Source: Azolla caroliniana (taxonomy: Eukaryota > Plantae > Polypodiophyta). From it: 11,533 bases of DNA. Under the pieces are notes generated by a model that worked only from the letters and a program-made list of their open reading frames with translations, was not told the DNA's origin and made no database searches. Positions 8,250-11,533 of the stretch are shown piece by piece (position 1 is the first letter of the stretch; every line of letters starts with the position of its first letter). The translations under genes and the position numbers were made by a program. The DNA is taken from contig JBHGNT010001149.1 of assembly GCA_043228905.1 (NCBI GenBank), forward strand, positions 1-11,533. Direction: 5' to 3'.

Positions 8250-10456
8250 CCTTAAAACGATGAGTGTTACGAGGCAGCGCTGATTGGGGACCAGGTTTGT
8301 CCGGATACTGTTGGTGGAAATCAGCAAGAAGATCATGAGCATTGGTGACATGCTCGACGGGTTCCCAAGTACGTTCTCTTGGACTATAGCCGAGCCAATC
8401 GACCAAATAATAAAGTTTGTTGCGAACAAACTTGGAGTCGAGGACGACAACAACTTCATATTCTGGGCTAGCGTCCAACTCAAGCGGGGGCGGCGGCGGC
8501 GTAACACGATCGGGAATAGTGTTGGCCTGATAAGATTTGAGAAGAGAACTATGAAAGAACGGATGTATTTGAAGGTGTTGAGGAAGATCAAGGCGGAACG
8601 TGGCATCATTAATCTTGCCGATAATACGGAAAGGACCGAGTCGTCGATAATCAAATTTGTCGCATGGTCGAGTAGTCTTGATGTGACGACGTAAGAGCCA
8701 TACTCAATCTCTGATGGCAAAAGAGGAGGGAAGCCGATGACGATCTGCATAAGTCTTCTGTGTGTGTCAAGCATGACGAAGATGAGTAGATAGATCCGTC
8801 TGAATCTTGTGTAGCCTCTCCAAATGATCCTCGACACGAGGATTGGTAGGTAGCTCCGGAGTGTCGATCACAGACCAGCGAGGATGAGAACTAGTATAAG
8901 TGTAAAATGGGGAGACCCGAGTTTAGGAGTGAATAGCGTTATCATAAGCAAACTCAGCAAAGTGGAGAATATCAGCCCAATCGTCCTGTTGATAACTCAG
9001 AAAACACCGAAGATATTGTTTTAGCGTTTGGTTTGTTCTTTCTGGTTGCCCATCAGTTTGGGGATGATAGCCGGAAGAGAGGTTGCAAGAGACCTTGAGC
9101 ATCTTGAAGAGATGCTTCCAAAATTTGGAGACGAATTGAGGTCTGTGGTCACTGATGATACTGTCTAGGAGGCCATGATGCCGAAAAATCTCACGCATGA
9201 CAAGGGCGGCGGTTTCCTTACTAGCGTCTTTACTAGGCAACAAGCATCATAGGTTCGAACATAGTTCTCGACAAAACGTCGCATATGGGGCCACCAAAAA
9301 GATTGTCGGACTAGATCCAATGTCTTAGTACTACCGAAATGTCCAGTTGTATGGGTATCGTCACAATTTTGGATGATTTGAAGGCGACAGGAGCAATCGG
9401 GAACATACACGAGCTTTTTAAAGAATAAAAAACCATCATGATATTCGAATTATCGGTAGTCTATACCTGGTTGTTGAGACTAGGAATAGGATGCCCGAGA
9501 GGCATCAATTTGTGCTAGAATGGCTTGAGCAAAAATGTCTATCTTCAAATTGGCACGTATGGCATCGATAATCCGGGAATCCAGTGGAGTGTGAAAAAAC
9601 CGCGTTGTGTGCAAACGTGTTGGTCCCAAGATTACCTGCTTTTGATTATCAAATGCTGGATCACCAGGACGAGGTGCAAGATATGAGCATCGCGATAGTG
9701 CATCTGCTTTTCCTTGTTGTTTCCCCGGCTGATATGTGATTTTGAAGTCAAAACATATGAGAAATTGGGCCCACCGAGGTTGTCGATTTAGTACGCGAGC
9801 ATTCTAGAAATATGCAAGATTTTTGTGATCATTGAAGATGATGACCTGATGAGGAGAGCCTTCTAAGAAGTGCCGCCAGTGCACAAACCAATCCACAATG
9901 GCTAATAACTCCTTGTCATGTGTCTCGTAGTTGATTTTCGGGGCATCAAATTTGCGCGAGTGGAAAGCCACATGATGTAACTCTTCTTTATCTCCTTGTT
10001 GTGAAAGGATGCTACCGAGGGTGAAATCCGATGCGTCAGCCTCCATGATGAATGGTTTGTTTGTATCCACATGAGCTAGAATAGGAGCTCATGTAAAGTC
10101 TTTCTTAAGATGCATAAAAGCCATGTCTGCTTCATTGGACCAAAGAAAGGATTGTCCCTTCTTGGTAAGCTATATGAGAGGCAAAATAATCTTCGAGTAA
10201 TCTTGTATAAACTTGTGGTAGAATTTAGTGAAGCCTAGGAAACATTGCACATCTCATATCGAACGTGGAGTTTGCCACTCTAGCACAATTTTGACTTTAG
10301 CTGGATCCATGAACATGCCTTTTGAGGAGATGACGTAGCCTAGAAATTCCACTTGCTTGCAGTCAAAGCTACGTTTTTCTAGTTTGGCTTAAAGACGATG
10401 CTGTTGGAGTGATTTTAGTACTAATAGTACATGAGAATCATGCTCTTCCTGAGTCT
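8250..10456 (-). pseudogene. pol: pol of copy B: RT C-terminal half, RNase H, integrase (with internal deletion) and chromodomain
   Basis: KTQEEHDSHV..AKLEK..VEFLGYVIS (RT). EADASDF..VAFHSRK..NYETHDKELLAIV..DHKNL (RNase H). GHFGSTKT..FWWPHM (zinc finger). IISDHRPQF..YHPQTDGQPERTNQ (IN core). EYEV..YLVDWLGY..TWEP (chromodomain). Confidence 0.95.
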
Positions 10457-10641
10457 TGTCACGGACATAGACGAGGGCAAGGACAAGTAGGCGAGCTCAA
10501 TATTAACAAAGAGAGAAAGATAGATATATAGATAGAGAGAACAAGAGAGAGAGAGAGAGAGGGTAGACAAAAGAGCGACAACTAAATTATGCTTCCAGAA
10601 TTGGTGTTGTTCACCTTGATTGTAATCAAGGTGCACCGAAA

Positions 10642-10749
10642 TATTTATACAAGAATGTGGTGGTATGCATTTAAGCTAGGAAACATCTAGAGAATGCATG
10701 GAAACTTCTAGAGAGTGCATGTTTATGCATTCTCTAGAAGTTTCTTGAA
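10642..10749 (-). promoter_or_regulatory. HSE-like repeats plus TATA box in LTR C
   Basis: GAAgtTTCttGAA at 10737-10749 and GAAacTTCtaGAG at 10701-10713. TATAAATA on - at about 10649-10642. Confidence 0.6.
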
Positions 10750-10808
10750 AGTTTTACTGATTAACTTACAATGTAAAAAGTTGAAATTTATTCAATACAT
10801 AATGCATA

Positions 10809-10883
10809 GATGGAATGTAGCTCAATTGGTAAGGTTGCCCAATAAGACCAAGAGGTCATGGGTTCAACCTCCTACATTCCATC
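10809..10883 (+). promoter_or_regulatory. tRNA-like A/B-box cassette, antisense within LTR C; not a functional tRNA
   Basis: Acceptor-like TGGAATG/CATTCCA spanning 71 nt. A box TAGCTCAATTGG (10818-10829). GAGGTCATGGGTTCAA with B box from 10861. The anticodon arm does not pair. Confidence 0.75.
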
Positions 10884-10895
10884 GTGTCTATGAAA

Positions 10896-10908
10896 TTATT
10901 CTCCCTCT
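10896..10908 (-). other. Polypurine tract (copy C)
   Basis: AGAGGGAGAATAA on -, directly before the LTR. Confidence 0.82.
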
Positions 10909-11533
10909 AAGGTTTCCTCTTGAGACTCACGGTTGGCTTATGTGGGTATCGTCGATGAAAATCACGAATGGCCTCCAAAATGGGGTACCTTTTCCATAAG
11001 ACCAAATATTGGAGCTGTCAACGATGATATCGAGAGTCGAGGATTTGGTCAACCTCATATTCTTCGCCCGTCGACAATTCCACAAGTGGCAGTGGAGGAG
11101 GGTGTCGTCCTGGAATTCGAGAAGGATGGTAGAGTTTGAGGAGGGAAACATGAAAAAAATCGTGAATCCTGAATGTTGGTGGAAGTGCTAACCGGAAGGC
11201 GACTGGGTTGATTCGTTCGATGATATGAAAGGGGCGTAGTCTTTTGTAGTCCAATTTTGCAGAAGGACGTGTGGTGGCGATGTGACGATGTAACAGCCAA
11301 ACCATGTCCCCGATTGCAAATGTCGGTGGAGCTAAACGATATCGGTCCGCTTGATCTTTATAGTGGTCACCAGCAACACGGAGCTCCAAGGAGAGGTCAC
11401 GATGGACATTGTGTAAAGCGCAGGCACGCGTGTCTACCGAAGGATTGACTGAAGTTGTAGGTATGGAAATGCTGAAACGAGGTTGAAATACATAGTTTGC
11501 AAAGAAGGGGGAAACCTTAGTCGAAGCATGGAT
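10907..11533 (-). pseudogene. pol: pol C-terminus of copy C: integrase tail and partly deleted chromodomain
   Basis: FAIGDMVWL..KLDYKRLRPF..FHVSLLKLY..EEYEVDQILDSRYHR*QLQYLVLWKRYPILEAIRDFHRRYPHKP, with stop TAG at 10909-10907. Confidence 0.9.

Larger units (their letters stand above)
3243..10456 (-). mobile_element. Ty3/Gypsy chromovirus copy B (same family as A), interrupted by a LINE in its 3' LTR and by copy C in its RT
   Basis: RT-RNaseH-integrase-chromodomain order on the minus strand (10456 to about 8250). LTR starts at 8241 (TGTCATGATATGGC on -) and ends at 3243 (TCCTGACA on -). Confidence 0.93.
10457..10895 (-). repeat. 3' LTR of copy C (439 bp)
   Basis: Imperfect terminal inverted repeat: TGTCACGGACA at 10457 versus TGTCTATGAAA at 10885-10895 (TG apparently mutated to TT). 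Directly abuts the PPT. Internal GA-rich tract at 10511-10561. Confidence 0.85.
10457..11533 (-). mobile_element. Ty3/Gypsy chromovirus copy C (different family), 3' end, nested in the RT of copy B; continues right of the window
   Basis: Integrase tail and chromodomain, PPT, then a 439-bp LTR ending at 10457, where the RT frame of copy B resumes. Confidence 0.92.

Noticed and set aside
8163-8837. 224-aa alternative-frame ORF (also 53-325)
   Set aside because: Off-frame overlap of the integrase tail. It is broken in copy A and has no domain signal.
10811-10882. Functional tRNA gene
   Set aside because: Anticodon and T stems do not pair properly and it lies inside an LTR. Reported as a tRNA-derived cassette instead.

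Overview
Eukaryotic transposon nest with no intact host gene. The host is most likely a non-seed land plant (inferred from Tcn1-type chromoviruses with a group-I chromodomain and an RTEX-like LINE). Five decayed elements are stacked. (1) 3' end of a Ty3/Gypsy chromovirus on + (1-1002, LTR 588-1002). (2) A Sola-like DDD transposase pseudogene (1005-2838) cut by element 1. (3) A second copy of the same chromovirus family on - (3243-10456). (4) A near full-length 4.56-kb RTEX-like LINE (3344-7906, -) with an (ATCT)9 tail, inserted into the (TC)n tract of that copy's 3' LTR. (5) A different chromovirus family on - (10457-11533, LTR 10457-10895) inserted into the RT of the second copy. The most striking signal is in the LTRs. 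Both families carry, at the very start of U3, an antisense tRNA-derived Pol III A/B-box cassette refolded into a long hairpin, followed by nGAAn heat-shock-element arrays and a TATA box.
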